Origin: Acidobacteriota bacterium
Lineage (GTDB): Bacteria > Acidobacteriota > UBA6911 > RPQK01 > JAJDTT01
Reading direction: 5' to 3'
Length of the DNA: 64,000 nucleotides
NCBI GenBank assembly: GCA_965222655.1
Contig: CBDCUP010000003.1
Location: 103,932 to 167,931 of the forward strand
Part shown: one piece after another, positions 36,478 through 46,283 of the stretch
How positions within the stretch are numbered: position 1 is the first letter of the stretch
Layout: each line of letters starts with the position of its first letter
The notes under the pieces: generated by a model
What the model saw: the letters and a program-made list of their open reading frames with translations, nothing else
Database searches by the model: none
Told to the model about the DNA's origin: nothing
Translations under genes and position numbers: made by a program

Positions 36478-36846
36478 CTATTGCAACTGATTTCGCCGGT
36501 CTCGGATGGGTCGGTAGCAGTATTCGTTCATAAGCGCTACGGCCCCAAGGTCTCCGTGGTCCCGGGCCACTTCTGCATAAGATTGCAGAGCTTGGCGAAT
36601 TGCCTGGTACGCGACTTCGGACTGGCTACGAGCATCCTCCTTTCGGCTGGTACGCAAGGCTCGACCCACGGCGCCGAAGGCGTCCGACGAGGATTTGTGC
36701 TCTGCTTTCAGGATCGGCGGTGTTCCCCATGACGACATCGGCTTCGTATAGTCTTTCCAGCATCGTTTCCAATTCGGCAGCGGCCAGGCGCTCAAGCGCC
36801 GGATTGCAGCCCTACAACAGCAACGCCGGCAACTAGCCACGTCCAA
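36478..36846 (-). pseudogene. Truncated C-terminal fragment paralogous to the C-terminus of the 784-aa protein at 53146..55500
   Basis: The end ...AEVARDHGDLGAVALMNEYCYRPIRD aligns with ...AKVVRDPSDLGALAVLNCYAYDYLKG, the last residues of 53146..55500. Nothing upstream matches the first roughly 650 aa. Confidence 0.5.
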
Positions 36847-36965
36847 TATTGCCTGGTCATCTTTTACGCTACGACTGCCTGTGAAGCGAGAACCCTGGAG
36901 CTCTTCGAAGGCCCGAGAGAAAGTAGGAGCAACCTGTTACACTGCTTCATAACACGGATATTGCT

Positions 36966-39254
36966 ATGAGTCCAACGTCCCCAGCCTTCACCTGTTTACC
37001 TCTGATCTTGATGGTGCTCGTTCCACTACAAGAGCAGAGGGGAAGGCCCAGGTCCGCGCCGCCTGAGACCCACGAGCAAGACTCCGTCGTTGGTGGCAGA
37101 AACGTACACTGGTCCTTTCAGCCAATCGAATCCCCGGCAGTGCCCGCAGCAGCGAACCGCTCCTGGGTCAGAAATCCAATCGATGCGTTTGTTCTAAGTA
37201 GACTGGAGAGCGAGAGCATTTCACCTTCTCCCGAAGCCGACAAGAACACCTTGATACGACGGGTCAGTCTGGACCTGGTCGGCTTCCCTCCGTCGCCAGA
37301 CCAGGTCAGCAGCTTCCTGAGCGATGAGCGTCCGGATGCCTACGAACGTTTGGTTGACGGGCTTCTCTCCTCGCCCCACTACGGGGAAAGGTGGGCCCTA
37401 TACTGGTTGGATCTAGCACGCTATGCCGACAGTGACGGCTACGAGGGTGACCGCGTACGACCTCACGCCTGGCGTTATCGTGAGTGGGTCATCAAAGCCC
37501 TCAATGAGGATATGCCATTCGACCAGTTCACTATCGAGCAAATCGCCGGTGACCTTCTTCCGGAGGCCACCATCAAACAGAAAGTAGCAACCGGATTTCA
37601 CCGCAATACATTGACCAACCGGGAAGGCGGCGTGGACGTCGAGCAGTTCCGCTTTGAGCAATTGGTCGACCGCAACAGAACGGTGGGGACCGTGTGGCTG
37701 GGACTCACGGTAGAGTGCGCCCAGTGCCATGACCACAAATATGACCCAATCACACAGAAGGACTACTATCGGCTGCTTGCCTTCTTCAACTCCGACGAGG
37801 AAGTCAATATCGACGCTCCTCTTGCCGGAGAGATGGGGTCCTACACTAGAGGACGACCGGAATATGACGCAAAGCGTCAGAAACTTCTGCAGGAATACGG
37901 CCTGTTTGAACTGCAGAGGCCCTGGGAATTGAAGATGCTTCAGGCCTCGGCCAACCCGGGAAAGTGGCCCGTTTGGGACGATGCCTATGTGATGTTCCAG
38001 TTGTTGCTGGATAACGGCGAAACCATTCTAGGCAACGATCCAGACCGGCGGACCCGCAAGGAGCAATTGGCACTCACGGCCCACTTCGTCGGCAACTACG
38101 GCCGCGTCATCACCAAGGAACGTTCCGAAGAACTCAGGCTCAAAGAACTCAGGAAGAAGCTGGACAATCTCAGCCGGGCTTTTCCGGCCTTGAGTGAGGC
38201 GCAAACGATTGCGGCAAGCGCGCATCCCCGCAAGTCCTACATCCACATCCGAGGGGACTATCGCAACAAGGGGATAGAAGTTCAGCCGGCAACCCCGGGT
38301 TTTCTCCATCCCATGCCGCAGGATTCAAACGGGTCACGGCTCACACTGGCGCGTTGGATAGCTGCCCCGAACAATCCTGTGACGCCCAGGGTGACCGTCA
38401 ATCGACTCTGGCAGGAGCTGCTCGGACGCGGCCTTGTGAGGACCTCGGAGGACTTTGGAAGCCGCGGCGATCGGCCTTCCCACCCGCAACTCCTCGACTG
38501 GCTGGCGAACGACTTTGTGAGTCGCGGTTGGAGTCTGAAGAAGGTGATGAGGCGGATCGTGACGTCTGCGACCTACCGACAATCATCCGCCCGAGGGCCA
38601 GAAATGGAATCCCGCGATCCAGACAACGTCCTGCTGAGCCGGCAGAATCGACTCCGACTCCCGGCCGAGCTGATTCGCGATTCGTCTCTGGCCGTGAGTG
38701 GCTTGCTCTACCCGGCCATCGGGGGAAGGAGCGTGCGGCCCCCCCAACCGGAGGCTGTGACGGGGTTGATGCACTTGAACTTCACATGGGAGGAAAGCCA
38801 GGGCCGGGACCGCTACCGTCGGGGGCTATACGTCCATCGTCAGCGCTCGATGCCCTACCCCCTTCTACAGAATTTCGATGCGCCGGAGTTCACCGTGACG
38901 CTTTGTCGCCGGGAGCGGTCCAACACGCCGCTGCAGGCGCTTAATCTGTTGAACGATCCGGTGTTTTTCGAAGCCGCGCAGGCGCTGGCTGTACGCATCC
39001 TGAGGGATGTGTCCGGGAGCTTTGACGACCGATTGGACCATGCCTTCCAGCTATGCCTTTCCCGCCCTCCCTATCCCAGCGAGCAGCAGCGCATGTCACA
39101 ATATTTTGCGCGCAAACTGAAGCTTTTGGACGAGGGTTCTGCCGAGTCTTTGTTCCCCATCGATCTGGAAGGTGAGAGCAGGATCGAGGCTGCGGCCTGG
39201 GTAGGACTGAGCAGCATCCTGCTCAACCTGGATGAGTTCATCACCAGAGAATAG
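36966..39254 (+). CDS. DUF1549/DUF1553 (PSCyt2/PSD1) domain protein, secreted
   Basis: DUF1549 block is W.RNPIDAF...L...G; DUF1553 blocks are WL.LARYADSDGYE.D..RPHAWRYR.WVI.A, TIEQIAGDLLP, REGGVD.EQFRFE and CAQCHDHKYDP. It is paralogous to 55602..58214. Confidence 0.85.
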   Translation: MSPTSPAFTCLPLILMVLVPLQEQRGRPRSAPPETHEQDSVVGGRNVHWSFQPIESPAVPAAANRSWVRNPIDAFVLSRLESESISPSPEADKNTLIRRVSLDLVGFPPSPDQVSSFLSDERPDAYERLVDGLLSSPHYGERWALYWLDLARYADSDGYEGDRVRPHAWRYREWVIKALNEDMPFDQFTIEQIAGDLLPEATIKQKVATGFHRNTLTNREGGVDVEQFRFEQLVDRNRTVGTVWLGLTVECAQCHDHKYDPITQKDYYRLLAFFNSDEEVNIDAPLAGEMGSYTRGRPEYDAKRQKLLQEYGLFELQRPWELKMLQASANPGKWPVWDDAYVMFQLLLDNGETILGNDPDRRTRKEQLALTAHFVGNYGRVITKERSEELRLKELRKKLDNLSRAFPALSEAQTIAASAHPRKSYIHIRGDYRNKGIEVQPATPGFLHPMPQDSNGSRLTLARWIAAPNNPVTPRVTVNRLWQELLGRGLVRTSEDFGSRGDRPSHPQLLDWLANDFVSRGWSLKKVMRRIVTSATYRQSSARGPEMESRDPDNVLLSRQNRLRLPAELIRDSSLAVSGLLYPAIGGRSVRPPQPEAVTGLMHLNFTWEESQGRDRYRRGLYVHRQRSMPYPLLQNFDAPEFTVTLCRRERSNTPLQALNLLNDPVFFEAAQALAVRILRDVSGSFDDRLDHAFQLCLSRPPYPSEQQRMSQYFARKLKLLDEGSAESLFPIDLEGESRIEAAAWVGLSSILLNLDEFITRE

Positions 39255-39256
39255 CT

Positions 39257-40693
39257 ATGGAATTCGACGAGCTCAGACGGATCCTAACCCGCCGAGACTT
39301 CTTGGGAAGTTGCGCCGCCGGCATCGAAACGATTGCGCTGGCCCAACTGTTGGCCACCGAAGGACGGGCGGAGGGGAACGAACCACCGATCGATAATCCC
39401 TTGGCTCCCAGACCCCCTCATTTCGAACCGACCGCAAAGAACCTGATCGTCCTGTTCATGGCGGGAGCCCCGAGTCAGATTGATTTGTTCGATCCCAAAC
39501 CCGAACTTCAGAAATGGCATGGCCAGTCGCTGCCCCCGTCGATGACCGAGGGGATGAAGCTGGCCTTCATTGAGCCCAGCGCCAAGGTCTTTGCCAGTTC
39601 TCGAACCTTCAAACCCTACGGGGAAAGCGGCATAGAGTTTTCCGATTACCTGCCCCACCTGGCAACCTGTGCCGACGATATCTGCCTGATTCGGTCGATG
39701 TACACCGAAGCCTTCAACCACCATCCAGGCCAACTGTTGCTGATGACGGGCAGCATGCAGTTTGGCCGCCCCACCCTGGGGTCCTGGGTGTCCTATGGTC
39801 TGGGCAGTGAGAGCCAGGACCTTCCCGGGTTCGTGGTTCTGAGCTCGGGAAAGGGAACCAGTGGTGGAACGACCAACTGGTCCTCCGGGTTTCTGCCGTC
39901 GGTGTACCAGGGGGTGCCATTCCGGGATCAGGGAGACCCGATTCTCTATCTGTCCAACCCTGGGGGGATGAGCCAGGAAATGCAGCGGGAGCGGCTGGAC
40001 GCCCTGCGGGACTTGAACCAACAGCATTATCTGAGAACCCGCGATCGTGAAATCGCCTCGCGCATTGCTTCCTACGAGCTGGCCTTTCGAATGCAGGCGG
40101 CTGCCCCACAGTTGATCGATTTCTCGGATGAGCCCAAACACGTCCTCGACAGCTACGGTGTCAACGATGAAACAACCCGGCCTTTCGCTGTCAATTGTCT
40201 GTTGGCCCGCAGAATGGTCGAGCAGGGGGTCCGGTGCATCCTGCTGGCACACTCCAGCTGGGACGACCACGAGCAGATCGACAAGAGGTTGAAAAAGAAC
40301 TGCGCCATTACGGATCAGCCCGCAGCAGCTCTGTTGAAGGACTTAAAGGAGCGAGGCCTGTTGGACAGCACGCTCGTCGTGTGGGGAGGTGAGTTCGGCC
40401 GCACTCCCCTGGCTCAGATCATCCGGGAAAATGAGGGTGCGGGGCGGGATCACCACCCCGACTGCTTTACCATGTGGATGGCAGGAGGCGGGGTCCGCGG
40501 CGGTCAGGTCATCGGGAAAACCGATGAGTTCGGTTTGAGGATCGTCCAGGACAAGGTACACGTCCATGATCTGCAAGCCACGATTCTGCACCTTCTAGGC
40601 CTGGACCATACCCGTTTAACATACCGCCACATGGGCCGCGATTTCCGCCTGACCGATGTGGCTGGCGAGGTGGTGAAAAAAGTTCTCGCTTGA
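39257..40693 (+). CDS. DUF1501 domain protein (sulfatase/alkaline-phosphatase-superfamily-like), Tat-secreted
   Basis: Tat motif LTRRDFLGSCAAG. The DUF1501 blocks are FMAGAPSQ.DLFDPKPEL, HHPGQ, VVWGGEFGRTP and GRDHHP.CF. It starts 2 nt after the DUF1553 stop, so translation is coupled. It is paralogous to 58219..59655. Confidence 0.85.
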   Translation: MEFDELRRILTRRDFLGSCAAGIETIALAQLLATEGRAEGNEPPIDNPLAPRPPHFEPTAKNLIVLFMAGAPSQIDLFDPKPELQKWHGQSLPPSMTEGMKLAFIEPSAKVFASSRTFKPYGESGIEFSDYLPHLATCADDICLIRSMYTEAFNHHPGQLLLMTGSMQFGRPTLGSWVSYGLGSESQDLPGFVVLSSGKGTSGGTTNWSSGFLPSVYQGVPFRDQGDPILYLSNPGGMSQEMQRERLDALRDLNQQHYLRTRDREIASRIASYELAFRMQAAAPQLIDFSDEPKHVLDSYGVNDETTRPFAVNCLLARRMVEQGVRCILLAHSSWDDHEQIDKRLKKNCAITDQPAAALLKDLKERGLLDSTLVVWGGEFGRTPLAQIIRENEGAGRDHHPDCFTMWMAGGGVRGGQVIGKTDEFGLRIVQDKVHVHDLQATILHLLGLDHTRLTYRHMGRDFRLTDVAGEVVKKVLA

Positions 40694-40775
40694 CGTGGCG
40701 GTGGTCTCCAGGCCGCCGTATTCTTTGTTCCGAGCCTATGGCTCGACGCACGGCGGCCTGGAGACCACCGCCACG
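40694..40775. repeat. Long hairpin repeat (25-bp perfect stem cgtggcggtggtctccaggccgccg / cggcggcctggagaccaccgccacg, 32-nt loop), exactly filling the gap between convergent genes
   Basis: Direct reading. It begins 1 nt after the DUF1501 stop and ends 8 nt before the stop of the minus-strand sialidase gene. A second, more eroded copy lies at 44139-44201. Confidence 0.7.
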
Positions 40776-40782
40776 ACCCCGT

Positions 40783-42072
40783 TCAGGGGGCCTTTTTCTG
40801 CAAGCTATCAGCCCCGTCAGTCAACCATTCCAGGTCGAAGCGAGCGACTGAAACCTTGGCGTCCGGTCCGGGGTAGCCAGCACCCGAAGTCCAGACCAGG
40901 TCCTTGGTGTAAATGCAGAGAATGCTCATGTCAGGCGCAACCGCAAGGTTCGAGTAGCCGGCCGATCCCGGGTAGAGGACCTTCGATACCGGCCAGGTTT
41001 TGCCCTCGTCGTAGCTGAGCCTGATCGTCATCTGGGATCTCTCAGTCGTGCTGGCCGGGTTGGACACTAGGATACGATTCTTGTTGAAACTCTCCTGATC
41101 GGTGAAGCGCACCACGCTGCCCTGACAGGAAGGCTCGGGGAGCGTCTCGTCGTATTTCACCTCCGACCAGGTTTCCCCACCGTCCTTGCTCCAGGCATAG
41201 CCGCGGCGATGGCTCTGATCAATAACTCGAGATGATGGCCACCTTTGCTTAGCAGTACGGCTCCTCAGAGTCATGTACAAGGTACCGTCAACGGTTTCTA
41301 CGGCCTCACACTCATCGGATTTGTCCTTGGTCAGAATTTCGCCTCGCTTCCAGGTTTCTCCGTGATCGTCGCTGAAGAAGGCATAGGACCACTGGACATT
41401 CTGGGGGCGCCACTGCCTCCAGATCACGGGTCGCATAAGGGAGTAGACCATCTCGATCACGTCCTTTAGTTGGCCCTCGGCGCCCTCTGCTAATTCGACG
41501 GGTCCCGGAGTTTCATCTCCCCAGGCCGGTATCAGAAGCCGTCCACTCTTCAGCTGGATGCCGTGCCCCGGACCTGACCCAAGGAAACTCCAGACGGGAT
41601 CCTTGACGTCGTCGGTGATTTCGACCGGCTCCGACCAGGTCTCACCATCGTCTGTGCTTTTCTTCACGAAGACCTGGCGGTTGTTCTTGCAGTAGAGGAG
41701 CACAATGGTTCCGGTCTGGTGATCCACCACCGGACATTCATTGCCAATCGTGTGTTTCCCGTCATCGGCCACGACCTGCATCTCCTCCCAGGTCTGGCCG
41801 CTATCGAAACTGCGTCTGAGCACAATGTCGGTATCGTCCCAATCATGGCCGTCGTTCTTCCTGGCTTCGGCAAAGGCGAGGATCGTCCCCTTGGTCGAAA
41901 CCGCTAGCGCAGGAATCCGGTAGAGAAAGTACCCTCCCTCTCCAACTTTAAACAAAGCCGTTTCAACCGGCGACCCCGCGCTTTCCTGGCTTTCTGGATC
42001 CGACATTGGCGGTTCCGAAGCCGTGCAGCCTAAAAGGAAGGCAGTAAGAAGTATCGGGATGATGTGTCTCAT
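40783..42072 (-). CDS. Exo-alpha-sialidase (GH33), lipoprotein
   Basis: Lipobox MRHIIPILLTAFLLGC. YRIP motif (YFLYRIPALAVS). Asp-boxes are SFDSGQTW, STDDGETWS, SDDHGETWK and SKDGGETWS. It is about 55-60% identical by eye to 12..1286. Confidence 0.85.
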   Translation of the reverse strand: MRHIIPILLTAFLLGCTASEPPMSDPESQESAGSPVETALFKVGEGGYFLYRIPALAVSTKGTILAFAEARKNDGHDWDDTDIVLRRSFDSGQTWEEMQVVADDGKHTIGNECPVVDHQTGTIVLLYCKNNRQVFVKKSTDDGETWSEPVEITDDVKDPVWSFLGSGPGHGIQLKSGRLLIPAWGDETPGPVELAEGAEGQLKDVIEMVYSLMRPVIWRQWRPQNVQWSYAFFSDDHGETWKRGEILTKDKSDECEAVETVDGTLYMTLRSRTAKQRWPSSRVIDQSHRRGYAWSKDGGETWSEVKYDETLPEPSCQGSVVRFTDQESFNKNRILVSNPASTTERSQMTIRLSYDEGKTWPVSKVLYPGSAGYSNLAVAPDMSILCIYTKDLVWTSGAGYPGPDAKVSVARFDLEWLTDGADSLQKKAP

Positions 42073-42331
42073 GACTCAGCCTCCTGTGATTGTTTCTGGA
42101 AGTGGTTCTGGACATCGCTTGAAGGATCCTTCCAAGTAGTAGGCTCTTCTGGGGCCTAAGTCAACAGGCCGGACGACGATACGGCCCTTATTTCGAGAGG
42201 AGACTGATCCGTTCGAACGAGGGGGGATACAAATCTTGCCTCGTCGGCGCAGTGGGAGTACATTGGTCAATCATTATCAGGCAGTCTTTCTGTCAAGTCT
42301 TTTTCTACCCAACCAAAGGAGGGAACCAATC

Positions 42332-44089
42332 ATGTCTTCCAACCGAAGGAATTTCTTGAAGACCGTGGCTGCGGCAGGCGGAACCGCTGCTGCTGCTGGC
42401 ACACTTTCCGCATCCACAGGCCCAGGGGCTGTCTCCAGCGCCGAGTCTCACGGCAGTAAAGAAAAACCCCCGTTTCGTTTGATCTGGGAGGGGGAGTGGA
42501 ACGATGTGCCCTGCTCCGACTATCCACTGACCCCGGAAAGATGGGCCAAAGAAGCCCTGGCGCCCCTGGCCAACACCCACGTGGACGCTTTGGCCTACAA
42601 CGTCTGCAGCAGCGACGGCTATGTCGCCCAGCTGGAGCACGGGGAATTGCTGCTCGACAACGTCGAGCAGTTCGAAGATGCCTGGTATTGGAGATACCGG
42701 GAAAACACCAAGGGGCTGATCAAGGCAGGCGCCAACCCTCCCGACATGGCCGTCAAGTATGGACAGAAATACGGGATGAAGATCTTCGCGGTCATCCGGA
42801 TGAACGATCCCCACGACCAGGTCTACGCCTTCAGGCACGAGGTAAGTAATTTCAAGCTAAACCACCCTGAGTATTTGCTGGGAAACCCGCACTGGGAAGT
42901 AGGTGACAAGGCTCAAAAGGAATACGCGCCGGATACCATGGAATCCTTCACCTGGGGCCTGTTTGACTACTCTCACAAGGCGGTGCGGGATCACAAGCTG
43001 GCCATCATCAATGAGTTCGCCACTCGCTGGGATAACGATGGAGTCATGCTGGATTTCGAGCGGGATCCCATGTACTTCTGGCCTCCCCAGGGAGGTGGGG
43101 CTAAGCCCGAGAACCAGGAGAAGATGACCGATCTGATCCGATCAATCAGAGCGACGCTGGACAAAGTTCAGGCTCAACGCGGGAAAAAGCAGTTACTGAT
43201 GGTGCGGGGAGTTGCCAACATCCAGTTGTGTCAGGAGCGTGGATTGGATATCCCCACCTGGGTCAAGGAAGGCCTGGTGCAAGTAATCATTCCAGGAGCG
43301 GGCTACGCACCCTTCACGTTGAACCTGAAGCCCTGGCTGGAGCTGGTGGAAGGTAAGGAGTGTTGGATCTATCCTTCGAACAACCATTGGAAACATACCG
43401 AGGTCACCAGGGCCTGGGCGCTCCAGATGCTCGACGAAGGAGCCCATGGGCTCTACCTCTTCAACTGGGGCCATCTGATATTCGGTTACAGGGCGGCCGA
43501 GTCCCCCTTGGTTCCCGTCGGTTCCAACTGGCGCGGGAGCGCCTATTCGGTCTGGTACGATGAGGCCCCTCCCGACTTCTACACCACTCTGCACGAGATC
43601 GGAGATATTCGAGCCGTGCAGTTCAAGAACAAGCGGTACGTCCTGGATTCGATCCCGCATGAGGTGATGAAGGATCGGCTGCGGGGCGGCAAGATAGGTA
43701 GCCGGCTGTATCGAGGAATCGACGATGTCGTGCTACCCGTGGAGCTCTCAGTCGGCCGGCATGAGGTCCCATTCCGGATCTCTGACGCTCTGCAATCGGC
43801 TCACGAGTACGGATTCGATCCCAAGGCCACACTCACGATGATGATCGTGAATCACACTCATCCTGATCGCTTCACGGTAACCTTGAACGATACGCTTCTG
43901 AACGATGACACCCGCTCGAGCCGGGATGTCTACATCATGAACAACTTCTCCAGGGTGCAGTATCCGATTCCGTTAGAGGCGCTGAATCATGGACAGAACA
44001 CGCTGAAGCTCCACATGACCAAGACCAATCCGCAGATGAGGCCCAACCCGGTGCTGCAGAACGTGGATATCTCGATCGAGTACGTCTGA
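42332..44089 (+). CDS. Tat-secreted TIM-barrel-like protein of an uncharacterised glycoside-hydrolase-like family (paralog)
   Basis: Tat motif MSSNRRNFLKTVAAAGG. Start at ATG 42332, preceded by AAGGAGGG. It is about 70% identical to 59929..61677 (PPFRLIWEGEWNDVPCSDYPLTPE.WA, IRMND.HDQ, AIINEFATRWDNDGVMLDF.RDPM.FWPPQGG, LYLFNWGHL). Confidence 0.6.
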   Translation: MSSNRRNFLKTVAAAGGTAAAAGTLSASTGPGAVSSAESHGSKEKPPFRLIWEGEWNDVPCSDYPLTPERWAKEALAPLANTHVDALAYNVCSSDGYVAQLEHGELLLDNVEQFEDAWYWRYRENTKGLIKAGANPPDMAVKYGQKYGMKIFAVIRMNDPHDQVYAFRHEVSNFKLNHPEYLLGNPHWEVGDKAQKEYAPDTMESFTWGLFDYSHKAVRDHKLAIINEFATRWDNDGVMLDFERDPMYFWPPQGGGAKPENQEKMTDLIRSIRATLDKVQAQRGKKQLLMVRGVANIQLCQERGLDIPTWVKEGLVQVIIPGAGYAPFTLNLKPWLELVEGKECWIYPSNNHWKHTEVTRAWALQMLDEGAHGLYLFNWGHLIFGYRAAESPLVPVGSNWRGSAYSVWYDEAPPDFYTTLHEIGDIRAVQFKNKRYVLDSIPHEVMKDRLRGGKIGSRLYRGIDDVVLPVELSVGRHEVPFRISDALQSAHEYGFDPKATLTMMIVNHTHPDRFTVTLNDTLLNDDTRSSRDVYIMNNFSRVQYPIPLEALNHGQNTLKLHMTKTNPQMRPNPVLQNVDISIEYV

Positions 44090-44138
44090 TTTCCAAGACG
44101 CCACCGCGGCCGTGATTGAGGTTGGCGGACGTAGCTTT

Positions 44139-44201
44139 GGTCTCCAGGCCGAAGTCTTCTGCTCTCGAGCCTTCGGCTCGAAGCACGGCGGCCTGGAGAC
44201 C
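44139..44201. repeat. Second copy of the GGTCTCCAGGCCG...CGGCCTGGAGACC hairpin repeat, between convergent genes
   Basis: tttggtctccaggccgaagtcttctgctctcgagccttcggctcgaagcacggcggcctggagaccaccgctacgac aligns with 40705-40778. The 5' arm is partly eroded. Confidence 0.65.
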
Positions 44202-44259
44202 ACCGCTACGACTTCCTCTGAAGTCTCGGCATGAATGATCCAGGGGCGTTGAAGCATGT

Positions 44260-46116
44260 TTACCCGTCTCTCTTGGAATCCTGTCCTGTGGTCGTGACGA
44301 CCGGCTCGGGCTCGCCTTCCTGGATCGTGATTATGCGATTGACAGGGAGGTCGGCGACGGTAGAAGTCTTACCGCTGGCCCATCGGATCTCGACTTTTTC
44401 CACCTGTTCGGCCGAACCCAGACCGAAGTGTAGCCGCAGATCCGAGTGGGAGGCATAGCTGCCTCCACTAATCACGTCCCCTCTCTGCCGCTTACCGTCG
44501 GCAGTCAAGAACACGGTGGTTCCGATCGCATCGCTCGGGCTCTTCTCAGTCCCGATCAGGCGCAGGAGAATCCAATTGTTGCTGCTGCCGGCTCGGTTGA
44601 TCAGGATCTTTGGAGAACCGTCGACGCAGTTCATGACCACATCGACCGCTCCATCATTGTTCAAATCGCCGAAGGCGGCCCCCCGCGCCGGTACGACCAC
44701 TGCGAGGCCACTTCCGGCCAGTGGCGGGACTCCCGTGAAGCGCTTTCCGGCGAGATTTTGAAAGAGCAAGGGGCGCTGCGCCCAGCTTGTACCCCAGTTG
44801 TACTGATCGACTCCGGGGTAGGTATGACCGTTGGCAACGAACAGATCCTTGAAGCCGTCGTTGTCGAAATCTAGAAATCCGGTTCCCCAGCCCAGGAACG
44901 GGATTGTTGGTCGAGCCAGACCATACCGAAAGGTGGCGTCCACAAAGAATCCCTCCCCCTCATTTCGGTACAGTGTGTTGTAGTCGTCGGAAAAATTGGT
45001 GATGTAAAAATCGACGCCCCCGTCGTTATCGAAATCCCCCACGGCGATCCCCATACCAGCCTGCTCGGCCCCCGACTCGCTCAGCGCAAAGCCTGATCGA
45101 TAGCTGATGTCCTGAAAGGCTCCGTCACCCTTGTTTCGGTAGAGGTAGTTGGGGGTAGAGTCATTGGCGACGACCAAATCAATCCAACCGTCGTCGTCGA
45201 CGTCAACCCAGGCTGCGCCGAAGCCATAATATCCTTTGGGATCGTCCACTCCGGCTTCGACCGCCACCTCTTTGAAGGTATGATCTCCGTTATTCACAAA
45301 CAGGAAATCCCGAGTCCCCTCGAGGCCCCGCGGACCACACATCACCGGCTTCCCCCGAAACTGGCAGAAGCTGTCGTCGATCGAATTGACCTCGGGATCG
45401 GGGAGACTGGCAGGGTCGAATTTCAGATAGCCGCAAACGAAAAGATCGAGGTGACCGTCGCGGTTGAAGTCGCCGAACGAGGCTGCGGTCGACCATTTGC
45501 CCAGGGCAACACCGGCCTTCTCGGCCACATCGGTGAAGGTCCCGTCACCGTCATTCTGATAGAGCCGGTTCTTGCCGAAGTTGGTCACATAGAGATCGGG
45601 CCAGCCGTCGTTGTTGTAATCACCAACAGTTGCACCGAAACCCCATCTTTCGTTGGCCACCTTGGCCTCTGAGGTCACCTCCTTGAAGGTGCCATCCTGA
45701 TTGTTCCGAAAAAGAGCCGATCTGGGTGAATCCTCTTTGCCCTGGAGGGCCTCATAGGTGGAGCCACTGACCAGATAGATATCGAGCCATCCGTCCCGGT
45801 CGTAGTCGATCAGAGCGACTCCACCTGATGGGACCTCGAGAATATAGCTCTTGGACTTGGACCCGGAGCGGTGAATGAATCGATCTACTCCGCTTTGGGA
45901 GGTGACATCGGCAAAGATCTCCGGTGCGTCGTCGACAAAGCCGCCGGCCGTGATCGGGCGCATCTCTTTGTCGAAGACAGGAGGGTGGGCTTCACCAGAG
46001 ACGACGCCCGACTTCTGCTGAGTCTGACCTGAAAGTTGCTGGAGCCAAGGCCAGGCGACACACGGGACAAGGGCGAGTACCCATATCCACTGAAATGACT
46101 TCGATCTCATGAACAC
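44260..46116 (-). CDS. ASPIC/UnbV-domain FG-GAP repeat protein, secreted (paralog of 26455..28176)
   Basis: Motifs DYDRDGWLDIY, DYNNDGWPDLY, DFNRDGHLDLF, DVDDDGWIDLV, DFDNDGGVDFY and DLNNDGAVDVV, with a UnbV-ASPIC C-terminus. Confidence 0.8.
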   Translation of the reverse strand: MFMRSKSFQWIWVLALVPCVAWPWLQQLSGQTQQKSGVVSGEAHPPVFDKEMRPITAGGFVDDAPEIFADVTSQSGVDRFIHRSGSKSKSYILEVPSGGVALIDYDRDGWLDIYLVSGSTYEALQGKEDSPRSALFRNNQDGTFKEVTSEAKVANERWGFGATVGDYNNDGWPDLYVTNFGKNRLYQNDGDGTFTDVAEKAGVALGKWSTAASFGDFNRDGHLDLFVCGYLKFDPASLPDPEVNSIDDSFCQFRGKPVMCGPRGLEGTRDFLFVNNGDHTFKEVAVEAGVDDPKGYYGFGAAWVDVDDDGWIDLVVANDSTPNYLYRNKGDGAFQDISYRSGFALSESGAEQAGMGIAVGDFDNDGGVDFYITNFSDDYNTLYRNEGEGFFVDATFRYGLARPTIPFLGWGTGFLDFDNDGFKDLFVANGHTYPGVDQYNWGTSWAQRPLLFQNLAGKRFTGVPPLAGSGLAVVVPARGAAFGDLNNDGAVDVVMNCVDGSPKILINRAGSSNNWILLRLIGTEKSPSDAIGTTVFLTADGKRQRGDVISGGSYASHSDLRLHFGLGSAEQVEKVEIRWASGKTSTVADLPVNRIITIQEGEPEPVVTTTGQDSKRDG

Positions 46117-46283
46117 CCTTCCTCACCTACGCACGGTTGACCGCTCTGTTGGTCATCATCGATACAGATTGTAATACGATGATAGTCCGGAAAGTTGACA
46201 GCCACAGGATTGTTGGCAAGTTTTTGAAAGAGCGCGTAAGGTTGTCAATAATTTGGAAGCACGGCGGAGCCGAAAACGGAACA

